Origin: Octopus bimaculoides
Taxonomy: Eukaryota
Direction: 5' to 3'
Length of the DNA: 64,000 bases
Assembly: GCF_001194135.2 (NCBI RefSeq)
Contig: NC_068993.1
Span: 62,546,385-62,610,384, forward strand
A program made the position numbers and the translations under genes. The notes under the pieces are model-generated. The model searched no databases. It was given only the letters and a program-made list of their open reading frames with translations, and was not told the origin of the DNA. Positions 40,610-54,623 of the stretch are shown one piece after another (the first letter of the stretch is position 1; each line of letters begins with the position of its first letter).

Positions 40610-41190
40610 CATTATATTGTTCATTGACAAAAATAATCATAACTGAATTCTTAAATATATCAAAGAGAAAATAACGGAGGAAAATAATATTATGTGGTAA
40701 ATAATACCACAAGACAACGAAAAGAGAGGTTGAAAGCTAACTATGGTTCGAACGCTCTATTCTAATAATAGAAACTGGCAATACCTAGCCAGGAATAATT
40801 ACGAACTTGAAATAATGAAAGAATACTTATACCATGTCCACTCTAAACAGCAATTGCTGTGAGACAAATTACCGTATAATTTCTGACAGAAAGACCTTGC
40901 CAAGTTTAAGTATATTCACAGAAACGATTAAGTAGCTATATCTGCTGGAGAATCGATGCGAAAACGAAAAAGAAACGGTACCAAAAGTCTACCAAAGAAG
41001 GTACACTACGACCCCGACGTAACTAAAATCAGCTGAGACATGACTGAACAGACTAAGAAATTTAAAAAAAAAAAACAATTAATTAGATTTAATTATCAAG
41101 ACAAAGAACGAAAACCCTGTCTATTCTGATTTAACCTGAAGAATACCTGGAAGGAGATAAAGAGGTCCGAGGTATATAGCGTTTGATCAT
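40610..41190 (+). mobile_element. Probable degenerate Penelope-like 3' end (GIY-YIG C-terminal region + hammerhead remnant)
   Basis: With one frameshift it reads TEF-KYIKEKITEENNIMW*II, similar to the TELSKYIWxLK...IxWxI block. A hammerhead-like remnant follows at 41127-41189. Confidence 0.4.
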
Positions 41191-41204
41191 TGGACGATCC
41201 CATC

Positions 41205-41368
41205 ATTGGCTGCATTGTAAGACGTTTGCTTCCTGACCGGGTTCAGTCTTACTGCGTGGCACAAGTGTCATCTACTATAACCTCCGGTCGACCAAAGACT
41301 TGTGAGTGGATTCAGTAGACAGAAACTGATAGAAACCCGTCATGCATACACATACCTACATACATACA

Positions 41369-41399
<31 letters not shown>

Positions 41400-41615
41400 G
41401 TGCGTGTGTATGAGTGTGTGTGTGTATGCATGTTTGTCCCCTACCACTGCTTGACAACTTGTGCTGGTGTGTCCACGTCTTCATAACTTAGCGGTTTGGC
41501 AAATACAGGGGGATCGAATAAGTGGCAGGCTTAAGAATGATAAGCACTGCGGTCGATTCGTTCGACTAAAATTGTTCAAGACGGAGTCCCAGCATGGCCG
41601 CAGACTAATAACTGC
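41205..41615 (+). mobile_element. tRNA-derived SINE, family B
   Basis: Head, internal (TACA)n and tail are present. Confidence 0.8.
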
Positions 41616-42669
41616 AACACCTTAGTTACAGAGTTGATCGATTAGGCGTAACCGAGAAGTAAATAAGGGCAACAACAACAACAACCTCTCACTTTGTTGT
41701 ATGACGAAGTTCCTACTTTATATCCGATCAACAACTTTAAACTGTCAAAGATGGTCTGAGTATTTTTCAAAACGAGACAGAAAAAACGAGAGTATTTTGA
41801 AGACGGAAAATTCTTTTTATCTTCTGGTTATTTTAAAGACATTGGCCATTAAACATTAAAACGTTTCAACAAGATTGTGTCTTTTTTTATTCACTCTAAG
41901 AATGGCTGAAAATTGACAGATTATTTATATTATATAATTGAGACATCTTGAACAAATACGACTCTGTGTGTATGGAGGGGGGTGTTTGTGTGTGTGTGTG
42001 CATGTGTGTATGTGTAAGTATGCATGGACGGTATGTGTGTAATTTATGTGACTTTATGGGCCTATGTGTGTGAATGTATGTAGTGCGGATACGTATTTTG
42101 TGTGTGTGTGTGTGTGAGTCTGTGTGTGTGTGTGTGAGTCTGTGTGTGTGTGTGTGTTTGCGTGTGTATGTATGTATGCATGATCAACATGTGTTTGATC
42201 ACAAGTCTATCATCTGTTTTCATATGTTGACATTTCCAAGACTTATCTACTTACTCATTCGCAATGCAAACTTTAATCTTAACCACCATTCATCAATAAG
42301 AAATAAACTCAAGAAGGACCGTAAGTAAGCTGTAAGTTCTGGGACAAATTAATTCACGATTCGGTTTCGCTGCCTAATCAGAAAATCGCTGCCCAGTTGA
42401 AAAGAAGTACCAGATAGTGCGTTCGAGTCGCGATTCCCAAACCGGGTGTCACATTTTGTTCTTGAGCAAAACAACTTTATTTTTACCAAATCCATTAACC
42501 TGGAAATGAGTTGCAGCTAACTCTGCGACGGACTGGTGAGGAAGCGGACGGCTGTGCTTTCGGTTGCTTATTGACCATGGAGACCAAATGAACTTCGGCT
42601 TAATGGTCATGTGTATTCGTGACAGACATAAAAGACCTAAGAAATCCTAATCGGATTCCGTTGAAGTTT

Positions 42670-43010
42670 TTATTTGGCATCGGTTTAAATCAATATTGAA
42701 GAACTCTAAACTACCCATTTAACACTGCTTCACATCAATATCGAACTCCTAAAAACACCAATTTATAATCAATAACATACCGAATCCTCTACTGTCCTCG
42801 ACTAATGCTCCTTGAAACAAACATACAACTCCTATAAACCAGCCATTTGACGCTGTCTTGGATCAATAGTGAACTTTTATAGACGTCCTTATTTAACACT
42901 TGCTTAAATCAATTTTGATACACTATAAAGTCCTCGTTTAGCAGGAAGAACTAGACAGTCCTTGGTTGACACTACTTAACTTGATATTGAACTCTTATAA
43001 CCTATCTCAT
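42670..43010 (+). repeat. Degenerate minisatellite, unit about 45 bp
   Basis: A recurring atttaacact.ctt..atcaatat.gaactc.tata motif. Confidence 0.55.
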
Positions 43011-43964
43011 TCAATTGTAAGTTACTAAAAATACTTTTATGACAAACTCTATCGTAGGTAAGACTCTTACATTGAACTAGAAAAGGTCGCCAAGCGTTCA
43101 TAATGTTATTTTGGAGATATGTTTAGATAAATTTATGCCAAAAATAATCATGATGGCTTGTTCGTTCGTTCGATGATGAAACACAGATAGACACATGTTG
43201 TGGATGAGAGAGAAGAAAGAGAAAGATCAGAAGTGGAGAGAGAGAAGAAGCAAAAACAGAAAGAGAAAGAGCAGTGAAGCGTGATTCGAAATAACATCGA
43301 CATTATATTATTCCAGTATGAAATGTCATATCCGGGATGTGTAAATGTACGATGGATCTAACAGAATTTCGTTTTGTTAAGAGCACAACCGTCTACACCA
43401 CACCGCCACCATACTACCTCTGCTCCGAAAAAAATATGAATACACGCGCACGCGCACTCTCACACAGAAACACAAATTTATTCATTTCGGTGTCAATGGG
43501 TACTCCAAATAGTTTCATCTAAAAACGTTTTTATACATCCATTCAGTTATGCGACTTAATAATTTCTCTCGAACTGTGTCCACAATTTAATGATTAATAA
43601 TAATGCCATATTTATTTTTTGATTTTTGGACAAATAAGGTAACATAACGTATAACTAAAAGCATTTTGGTAGAAAGCATCTATTAGACTTATGCACCGAC
43701 CATGTAATATTACACCGCATTAAAAAGACATCCACTTTTCCTATCTTCCGAAGAAAGACAAGCATCCGAAACGTCGGCTTTCTCTATATCACTTGTAGTA
43801 TTTGTATACATTTTTACCAGCTCAGAACAGTATTGTTTCGACACGTAAGAGCGAATTATTATCTTAGCGAATTATTACAAAACTTAAATGAATATAATGT
43901 TGAACAGTTTCAATGTTATACAAGTGAAGGAATCATTTTTTTTTTTACATAACTAAATGTCGGC

Positions 43965-44007
43965 TTATCTGTCTGTTTCACTACCTGTCTATCAATCTAT
44001 CTCTCTG

Positions 44008-44068
<61 letters not shown>

Positions 44069-44222
44069 GTATCTATCTATATATATATATATATCTGTCT
44101 GTCTGTCTATCTATTTATCTATCTATCTATTTATCTATCTGTCTGTCTGTCTGTTTGTCTGTATGTCTGTCTATGCGCCTGCCTGCCTGTCCATCTGTCT
44201 ATCTACCTATCTATCTACCTAC

Positions 44223-44262
<40 letters not shown>

Positions 44263-44267
44263 TTATC

Positions 44268-44321
<54 letters not shown>

Positions 44322-44400
44322 ACTGTCTGTCTACTTATCTGTCTATCTCTCTATCTGTCTATCTCTCTATCTATCTATACATACACACACACACATAGTA
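43965..44400. repeat. (CTAT)n/(CTGT)n tetranucleotide microsatellite
   Basis: Visible directly. Confidence 0.97.
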
Positions 44401-45308
44401 GAATTAGAAATAGAAAGTCTTTGCAATAGTATTATATATTTAAAAACATGAACAGAAATGGCTTTTCTGATAATTTTCCGCTTTAATAATTAGATAAACA
44501 TCTAATTATTAAAGTTGAAAACCTATTGATATTTTTCAAGTATGTTTATATATATATATACACACACACATACAATCACACACGCTTATATATGTATATA
44601 ATGCGTGTGTATGGGGAAAGCGCACGAAGATGCGCGTGATTGTTTGTTTGTTTGTTTGTTTGTGTATATGTGTGTACTTTTATGAAAAGTCAAAGACCTG
44701 AAAGAGTGTTACCCACTTTATATTAAGAAAAATGTCTGATGTTAATGGTGTTATTTTGAGGATTGTATATAAATTTGCTAAATATAGCTTAGAAGGTCCG
44801 TTACTTCTCTTTTGAAACGAAAATTCCCGCTGTGCCTAAAAAGCAAGCACTCTATCTTCATTCGATACAAGATTCGAAAGACGTTCACCCTACATAGAAT
44901 GCAATATCCGGGATTTCTAATGAAAATGCAATGGATCTGTCGAACGACAGAAATTGACGAAGATGTCGCCGAAGATCTCTTCCATGAAAAGTATGTTAAG
45001 TAACATAAATAATGGAGGGGGATTGTGAAAAGCTCTGACGCAAACACAAGCACTTACATACACACGGACGTGCACACACCCATATATTGTCTGTACATAC
45101 ACACACAGACACACACATATATATATATGCATGTATGTGCGTATTATACATATGGTTATGTATGTGTGCGCGTTCTTGCGCGTGTATGAATTCAACAACT
45201 ATGATTTGAAAATACGTAGTACTTCCGCTTCTTGCTGAGAGCTTTCTTCCAGTTAAAGTAGTTACTCAAAGTGAGTTACAGAGGAATTTTTCTCTCACGT
45301 GATATATG

Positions 45309-45374
<66 letters not shown>

Positions 45375-46159
45375 TATATGCTTCTTTTTGGTTGATAATA
45401 ATGAATTGGAACTTTGCATGGAACTCATTCAAATTCCTTGTATTCTTCACATTTCAAACTTTATCTGTAAGTATGTAACTCCTAGTTTTTCATCACGATA
45501 GGACATATTTCTGTTAAGAAAATTTCTTAAACATTTGTGTTTCCAATGTGTGTGCTTTCTAAATTTTCATGGTGATTTATATTTCAATAAATACGATGCC
45601 ATTTTCGTATATATTTATCCTAGCTGTGAAATCCAACTGCATGTGGGTCTTTTTGGCATCTAAGCATCAAATTCAAACCGATTTTTATGTAAGCGAATGA
45701 GACTCAGTTCCCGTATACCTTATATTTTAATCTATTCTACTACTATCCTTCGGCATTTTAAGTAAATAAATTCTGAAGAGTTGTTAATAATGACAATATC
45801 TCTACGTTCGATCTTCAACTCACTCTGTCAAGAAAGCTATCGTATTCTAAATTTCACATACATATGTATATTCGCATATATATGTATTCACAATACACAA
45901 TGTATAGGAATTTATTTTCTACTCTTTGCTTGTAATATTTTAAGTCCATAATTTTCCTTTAAAAGTATACGGCAGGGGATTCTGGAGCCCATTTACCCTC
46001 TTAAACGTCTGCTTCCTCGAGCTTACATTTGAGGCGCAACGCCTGGTTAATTGTCAGGCAGTTGGACTACTTTCTATAACAGGAAATCCCAGCTGAGCAA
46101 TTTGCCCGCTGTGCTAACAATTCTTTCATTTTCCTGCCCTAAGGATCACTAGCTTCAAA

Positions 46160-46570
46160 TTCTTGACACAATGCCAGCAATTTTCGGGGGGGGGGAGGTT
46201 ATATGCTGATTACTTCGATCTCAGCACTCAACTGGAACTTATTTTATCGACCTCGAAAGGATGAAAGGCAAACTCTACCCCGGCTGTATTTAAATGATTC
46301 TGCCAGGTTGCCACCCTTAAGAATTATTGACATTAATTTCACATTTTGACACAAGGCCAGCAAATTCGTGGGGAACGCGTAAGCCGATTGTTATGCTTAG
46401 CGGCATTTCGTCCGTCTTTACATTCTGAGTTCAATCTCCGCCGAAGTCGACTTTGTATTTCATCCCTTTGGGGTCGATTAAATAAGTACCAGTTGAGCAT
46501 CTTTGTCAACGTAATCGACTTAACTCCACTCTCCCGAAATTGCTGGCTTTGTGCCAAGATTTGAAACCAA
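46160..46570. mobile_element. Two family A SINE copies in opposite orientation
   Basis: A minus copy at 46160-46290 is followed by a plus copy at about 46370-46570. Confidence 0.75.
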
Positions 46571-47536
46571 TACTAATTTGTTGTTTGTTGTTGTTTCAAC
46601 GAGTTTCAAAATACCTTGCGGTTCGGCATTTATTACAGTAGTCTACATTCTGAGTTCAAATATCCACGATGTCAACAGCCGGGGTAGATGAAATGAAGTA
46701 TCACCCAAGATCTGAGGTCGATGGTACCGAATGATTCTTCCCTTCAAAACTGATAGTCTTCGGTTGAAATTTAAAAACAATGAAACGATAGTGAATTGGC
46801 AGAATTTTCAGACTGTCGGAAAATGACCTTGCAGTATTTGGCCTAGTGTCCTACCACTCCACGTGCCAAATTCAAATCCCGGGTGTATCCTATTTAAAAC
46901 TTGGTGCTTGACGAGCAGGTCATCGAAGCCAAAGTCCAACCCAGCACAAGATATTCCTCCATGATTTACTATTGTATAAGGTGAACGCAGCTTTACAAAG
47001 AATACGCAACTCTAATGAACTATATGGGGCTCACATTAATTTTCCCCATTTTTACACAATAAATACTCTCTGGATTTATTAGTTCTTGTATAATTAAGTG
47101 GAGCTATGATCAAAAGATAATCCAGTTGTGACTACATTTTTTAAAACTCACTTTTATCTTGGATCATTATTTAACGCTGTTCGCTTAATAGAGTAAAATG
47201 GGCTTTCCTAATGACTTTACTTCCAGCTGGTGAAGGGATCGGGTTCAGGCTCCACCTTTGTTCCTTGGTTCAGTGTATTTTAAAAGATTATATTGTCATA
47301 GCAGAGCGCTGACTAAAGTAGCAGCAGACTATGATTAACTTTGGACAAAGGAGAGAGTGAGAAAGCAGAAAAGAGAGACAGGGAGAGAGGGAGAGAGAGA
47401 GGGAAAGAAAGAAAGAAATTTGTTAGCGTGTGTAAATGTCTTGCGGAAGTCGGGAACGGAAGCTATATCAAAATAAGAAAATGGAGAGAAATTGAAGAGA
47501 AAATTGTCTGTTACTGGAATATATACATATATACGC

Positions 47537-47583
<47 letters not shown>

Positions 47584-47615
47584 CAGATAGATAGATAGAC
47601 AGACAGAAAGATAGA

Positions 47616-47650
<35 letters not shown>

Positions 47651-47899
47651 ATAGATAGATAGAGTATACTAAGATATGGATTCAGAGTGATGCGAGAGAG
47701 ATGTGTGTGTGTGAGTGTGTGTGTATCCGTGCACACGCAACAAATCGAAAAGAATCAAGCAGGACACAATGACCTGGCTATAAGATATTAATTCATGGAA
47801 GACGTTCTCACTGCAGGTAGGCCACCGGCTAAACATTTTTCGATTGAATTTTGGATTGTGTAATATTTACAGATTTACCATCGCATTTTCTCAAATCTC

Positions 47900-47943
47900 C
47901 GATGATGGATGATGATGATGATGATGACGACGACAACAGTTCT

Positions 47944-48000
<57 letters not shown>

Positions 48001-48040
48001 AACTACTGCGACGACGACGACATCGATGATGACAACGATA
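47900..48040. repeat. (GAT)n(TAC)n(GAC)n microsatellite
   Basis: Visible directly. Confidence 0.95.
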
Positions 48041-49841
48041 GTAATATTGGCCATGAATGGATTTTTCTAGGATCTATATTTAATTAACCAGACAATATTA
48101 GATACACGATGCAATCTGCATTGATATTCAGAGGATAACAGAATTCCTGGAAAAAAGATTATTTTCCTATATTTCAGAGAGATGGGTTAATGCAGAAATC
48201 TCTCAACTGTAAAATAGACGCTAATGGGAGGTTGTGATATTTGTCCTCCATCAAGTAAATGTCAAGTGTTAGCCACCTCACAGCAATGTGGTCGCGGGTT
48301 CGATTAGGGAAAAGATTCCTCACGTAACCTCAGGTTAACCGATGCTTCAGAAGAGAAAACCCATTGATGGAAACTGTGCGGAAGCCTGTGTATATTAAAA
48401 TGAAGTTGCAAAACGAAATATAATATCCCTGACAGCAGTTATTTCCTCAATATATCACAATGGAACTTCTACACAGACAGCAGAGCATTGGTTTACTTTT
48501 TCTGTCTCTGTAAAACGTTCGCGTTTTTTTATAAACCTAACTGTAATATGTAAGAAAGGGATATTGTATATAACTGTTTCTTATACCATGACAAGGCTTC
48601 ATATTTTTAAAGAGAACAAAAAAAACTAATAATGCACGATTTTCATCGTCCACTCAATCATAAAGTGTGAACTGAAGTGAAATTGCACAACCGATCGACA
48701 TTTGCTCATGTTTGATCAATCAGTTGTTTGAGGTGTCATTTCTCCTCTATCCTGCTTGCTTGTATTACATACATTTGCGAAGCACTTTCACTGAAATACT
48801 TCAATGTTGTTATTGACACAAGAAAAGCATCCGTGTAAATAGTTTTATGTAACATACGTCAGTAACATTGAATAAAACTCTTTATACTATTTGTAAATTT
48901 ATGGAAAAGAAAAGAAAGACGTGCATTCTGAAAGATCTGTTGAAGAAGACCTCTTCTGAAGTACTGGAAATACTCATGTTTCATAAAAGATTCATTTTGC
49001 TTTCATGGTTTTTTTTTCTTTTCTCTTCTTTTAAGGATTCTTTCTCGGTTTAGCTTTTTTTTCTGTCCTTGTTTTTAATGTGTTCACTCTTTTGAAGTTT
49101 TGCTCAGTATTTTCAAAGTTAAATCGATGTGTTCCATCTTGGTATTAGACAGTAATAGAAATTTGAAAGAGAAGAGAGCAACAGGAAGACTGAGAAGACA
49201 ATTAACATAGCAGTAACAAATATGATCTAATTTGAGGAAATGAAATACTCGCGTCCTTTAATGATGGTCACCACACGGTAAATATCGATGCCTAGTTCGT
49301 GCCTCGTCAGAAAGTGAGGTTGTTTGTTTTCTGTCTCGAATCGATGCTAAAAATTTCCGATATCATTTGCATTTATAACTGAGAGGCTAATTTATATTTT
49401 CAGAGCTCTATAATATTGATATCTCTTGGAAAGATGTATTATTAGAATCGATAGAGTGTCGAAAAATGCCACTTGCAATCAAGAATTTTATAAACTTTCG
49501 AGAGAACGTGAAATAATTCTTATTTGGAACAATGTATCTCAAAGCTCAAAAAACCATAAATAATAGAATGTGGATATCGAGTTACAAAAGCCCTTTCTAT
49601 ATGATACTGTATAATCATTTGCCAAAAGCCACATAACATTATACTTCCAACAAGTTAAACAAGAGAATTCGCTTTGAGCCCATCTCTATTAAGTCGACCA
49701 TTTACATTCTCCCTGTTCTTAACCAGTTCATAAACAGGTTTGGATTTTCCCAGACTGCTTTTCAAAGGAATCAACACGATGACGAAAGTTAATGCAGAGA
49801 TCGTTCTCCTTAAAATGGCTCCTCACCGAATTTCACATTTC

Positions 49842-50066
49842 TTAACTTTTTAACATTTAAACTGGCCATATCAGGACCAAATATTCTACCGCTTTATATT
49901 TTAAACCAGTCGGATCTAGCCACCCACACCTGTCCTACCATATCATTCAAAAAGTAGTCACATCATTGATACATTCAACTCCGAGATAACACATGATAAA
50001 TTCAAGACAATCTGAATAACAAATAAGCATTACATTTGACAGAGTAATCTGAATGCGAAAGGGTTA
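49842..50066. mobile_element. piggyBac-like MITE (degenerate)
   Basis: Ends ttaactttttaacattt / aatgcgaaagggtta fit a decayed TTAA|CCCTTT...AAAGGG|TTAA structure. Confidence 0.4.
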
Positions 50067-50604
50067 CGGATTTATTTCCCGAATTCATTTTCCCATCATA
50101 CCATTGTTTTGTTTTGTCTTTTTCTAAGAAAGCCATTAATCTTCTCAAGGATTCCAAGGCTGCTCGGCTGTTTTAAATGTTATCATGTACATTTTTGCGT
50201 TTTCTTGTAGTCAATCCAAACAACAGCTAAGTTATTTTTTTCCATTTAGTTCCCCTTATTTCCTTTCCGCGTTCCATTTGTCCTTTTCTGAAAAGTTTTC
50301 CCTTCTGAAGAGAGATATACAAGACATCTCCAGTGAGACGAGTTTGCAATTTCCAGTGCATTGGTAAATATGTAACAGGAATATAATTACTGAGTCTTCC
50401 ATTTTCCTTATTCTTTCTGAATTAAACCTATTCTTACTTTTGTCATCTTTCTTGGGTTTCCATTCTCAATACACACAGTAAAAAATGGCTGTATGTATTT
50501 GCTCATTCTTGTGAGATTTTAAAGCCAAAATCTCTTAACTCTCCTTTCCTGGAGCTTTACACTTCAAACTCTTTTCAAGCATTTCCTTTCCTTTACCGTA
50601 ATGT

Positions 50605-51950
50605 TGATACCACTTCAGGGTTCCAACGCCATACCGAACTACTGCGACTACGCGCGAGTTCATTGCCGAAATAATTCTTCTGGTATTTAGTTTTGAAGCC
50701 AATATTTTCTTACACGCCCCAGGTACTCTCTTTTTGTCTTTTCCTCCATGCCATTGTGTTTGATTCCATCTACCTCAAGTATTTCCAGTATTTATAGCTG
50801 TATTTTCGCCACTTGGCAACCATATGCCTTCTGTTCTGAAAAGCTTTCTTCGTGTCGTCACCATCGTAGCACATTTTGAGAGCTCAAACTCCATCTTAAT
50901 ATCATTGGCAAAAATCCGCACAGACTGGACTAGGCTGTCCAGTTCTACCTCAGTTTTCGTGAATAGCTTCAGGTCGTCCATGAATACTATGTGATTCAGT
51001 TTTCCCTCACCTTTTCCCAGATCATACCCCAACTTTGTTTTCTGTAGTATTTCACTCAAGAGGAATATTCACAGCATGAAGATCAGTGAGGTCACACTGT
51101 CTCCCTGGAAGATTCCTCTCTTGATTTTCACCTCTTTTAATACTTGATTCCTTGCTGTCAATTCCGTTCTCCAGCATTTCATGCTATTCCATATAAGGCT
51201 TCACATATTCTCTGCTACTCCACACATTTCCATTGTTTTTATTATCTAGGAGTGTGGTATCATATCGTATGCTTTACGATAGTCAACCCATGCCATGCTC
51301 AGGTTTGTGTGTCTTCTCTCGCAGCTCCTGATAATTAGATTATCAATTAAGAAGCTCATCCTTCGTTCCCCGCCTCCTCTTTCGGCACCCTTTCTGTTCA
51401 ATAGGTAACAGCCCACTGTTTCCCAGGTATGTATACAGTTCACCGGACAACGCACCTGACTTTAGTTTCCACATTAGCGGAAGGCCCGTTATTGGTCTGA
51501 AGTTGGGTGCAACGTTTCCCTTTTCAGGATCTTTGGCAAACAACGATGTCTTTCCCTTTGTCATCCAGCTGGGTACTGCGCCTTTCTGTAAGCACTCATC
51601 TAGCTGTTGCGCTATCCTTTCATTGAGCCCTCTCAGCTTCTTCATCTAATAACTTTGGACCCCATTCTGTCCTGGGCCCTTCCAATTTGGGAATATATAT
51701 TTTAACCTGCTTTTTTTATCATTTCTGTAGTTATCTTTATGTCTTCTTGGCCTTCTATATTTCTTAACCTCATCTTAGATTTCATGCAGCCACTTTCTTC
51801 CTCATTATGCTCTGCAGGTTGATCTCTCCACAATGCCCTACTATCCTCTACATCTGGTATCATTGTTACGTGTATTTGCCCATCTAGTTCCTGAAACATC
51901 TTCCTGGTCTTCTCTAATATATTAGCTCAGCATCCTCACTATATCTCGTT
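50605..51950 (-). mobile_element. R4/Dong-type non-LTR retrotransposon, reverse transcriptase domain (frameshifted)
   Basis: PNWKGPG; WMTKGKTSLFAKDPEKG..NFRPITGL; EQKGCRK..GTKDELL; MAWVDYRKAYDMIPHS; GIFQGDS; NHIVFMDDLKLF; EYLGRVRKILASKLN. Confidence 0.92.
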
Positions 51951-52008
51951 GGTTATCATCGTATCCTTGTGCTATAGCTCTTCCTATTACTTCTGCTTTG
52001 CTTCATTT

Positions 52009-52063
<55 letters not shown>

Positions 52064-52979
52064 CCAGTAACGAGGTGCTCTTGTTCATCATCGTCGTCAT
52101 TATCCTTGTTATTGTTTTATTGTCAATAGTTTGATGTGGGCATAATTTATCTTCCCCTGCTCACAATGTCTTCTTCTATACATACTTGATATGATATTGT
52201 AAAAATTCCCTTATTGTATTTTGCATCGGTTATTTTAAACATTTCATTCTTTCATTTTATTTGTATTGATTATCTGGTTTATCATCATTAGACATTTCTA
52301 TATCGTTCTGGGTTTCTTTATTTCAATTTTTTTTTCTTCATTTGGTGTCTTTTCCAATGACTTTTTAAAGAACAAATATAAAGGAATTGGCGCGCTTGAC
52401 TGGGTTCAGAATTGATACAAGACATAACAATGGTTACCCCTCGAGGGAAATACAATTTAGATCCACAGAGGTCGTCGTATATTATGAATACGAAGAAAAC
52501 TCAGGCAACGATCAATGAAAGGAAACCTAGAAACTGAACATGTTTATTGGTTCAGAGACTTCCATACAATTTGTATTACGCTTGAGATATTTATGAGAAT
52601 GGCAACCTCGTTAAAAAGCCTCAATCATAAATTTAATTAATTAGATGCAGTCAGTAAGAGGCAAAAATTTTATGTTACAGATGGCTGTTTATAAAGAAAG
52701 CATAACTGAAATATTAGTGAAATTTTCGTTCAAAATTGTGTCTTATCTCCTACGGTTAAATGAGCCACACTAATGCAAAACTAAAATTGTGATTTTGTGT
52801 GGAAACTGAAAATATATTTTTCTTCGGTAGACGCAATATTTCAGATTTATGTCTGTTTGTGTCTGTTGTTAAGTTCAAAGCAACTTCTCTGGATTTGAAT
52901 GGCTGGTTTCCCTATCCCATCGTATTTTTTCAGACAAATTTTAATTAGGACAAAATTATCCGAAATAAAGACGGTGGGC

Positions 52980-53390
52980 TGAGAGAATTGCTCGCACGCC
53001 GGACAAAATGCTTAACGGCATTACATTCGTCTTTACGCTATGATTTCATTCCACCGAGATCGACTTTGTCTTTCATCCCTTTCGGGGTCGTTAAAATAAG
53101 TATCAATTAAGTACTGGGGTCGATGTAATCGATTCATCCCCTCCCTTGAAATTGCTGGCCTCGTACCAAAATTTGAAACCGATATTAGTTGTGGACAGTT
53201 AGCTGGCTGAATTGTTACCTCGCCGGAAAAACTGCTTAGCCGCATCACTTCTGACTTTGCGTCCGGAGATCATATGCCGCTGGGGTTGGCTTTGCTTTTC
53301 ATTCTTCCTGGGTCGATAAAATAAGTACCCGTTGAACACTGGCATCTCCCGAAGTTGATGGCCTTGTGCCAAAATTTATAACCAAAATTT
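52980..53390 (+). mobile_element. Two tandem family A SINE copies
   Basis: Family A body (tttcatccctttcggggtcg.taaaataagta) occurs twice. Confidence 0.75.
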
Positions 53391-54623
53391 GTAGCCTGTA
53401 TTATAAACTCCATTAAAGGCGATTCCGTTTATAATACCAATATCAATAAAGAAAAGGCGTGACTTTCTCATTCTCTTTCGTACACATTTGTCTCCTTACG
53501 ATTAAATAAGTCACACTTGATGTCGTGTAGCATAATATCAAATATACGATAAGAAAAGTTCCCTTTAACCTGAGAAATATTTCTAACAAATCTATAAACA
53601 GCTTCGTATTGGTACTATTGACACAAATATTTGTTTAGACAATCTATGAAGAAATCTACCGTCGTCCTACCATTTCTCTTTCCTTTTATAAATTACTCTT
53701 TCAACCAGAATATCGACTTTTATTACCTACGACCAAATTTTCGCAGTTTTAATGGCCAAACACACACAGAAACAATTTGTACCAAGCTCTACCTCACAAT
53801 CTCGAAGAGAATAATGTTTATTAGAAGCGTTGCAGATGATAAGTATGAAAAAAATGTCACCAGCCTTCTAGTATTCTCGGTGCATTGTTCCTGTAATTCA
53901 ATTGTATTCATAATAGAAGCTTCTAAATATAATTACCTCAGTGATATGTGCTGATAAGTTGTAAATATAATTTCTACTCGGAATTCTTTCAATGTGAAGG
54001 TGCAATAACCTTAATAGGAAGGGATGGCTAATTATTTGACATGACAGAGGTAAAATTTATTTGCCTGCCATAAAACCTATTTCACTGGGGATTTCATAGA
54101 AATTATGGTTTGGTTTCGGACTAAGTGCGTGCGTGCATGCGCGCACACATGCGTATGAGTGTGTGCGTATGCGTGCGTGTGTGTATGTGTATGTGTATAT
54201 GTATGTGTTTATGTGTATTTGTATGCATGGATCTTTGTAAGCTGGGAGACAGACAATTCTTCTTGGAATTGTCTGATTTGGTAGCCAATTCCTTGAATAT
54301 CTGTCATATTCTGATAAGAATGCCAAGATTCTGAGATGTATATTTTTGTAATCGCATATAATCTGACAGTTAAAGACAATCACAGAAGGAGGTCTGTAAT
54401 AGCTATCCGTTACCTAATCTCATAAGAATCTAATATTATCTTTGTGACAAGGGTTATTTAGCTCCTGACAACCGAGAGTGACAAAGCCACCTTAAACTGA
54501 ACTGCATAGCAACTCGATACATGCATCTGCAAATACATGATGCAGCTATACATTGTATATTTTGCCACATGTGTATGAAAGTATCTTGATAAAATGATAT
54601 GAAAAGCATTCGAGACTATGGGT

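Noticed and set aside
49280-49320. Minus-strand CTGACGA
   Set aside because: No stem II-GAAA or NUH arrangement could be built.
50305-50345. CTGAAGA followed by a GAGAT/ATCTC hairpin
   Set aside because: No GAAA follows stem II and there is no stem I or III, so it is not a hammerhead.
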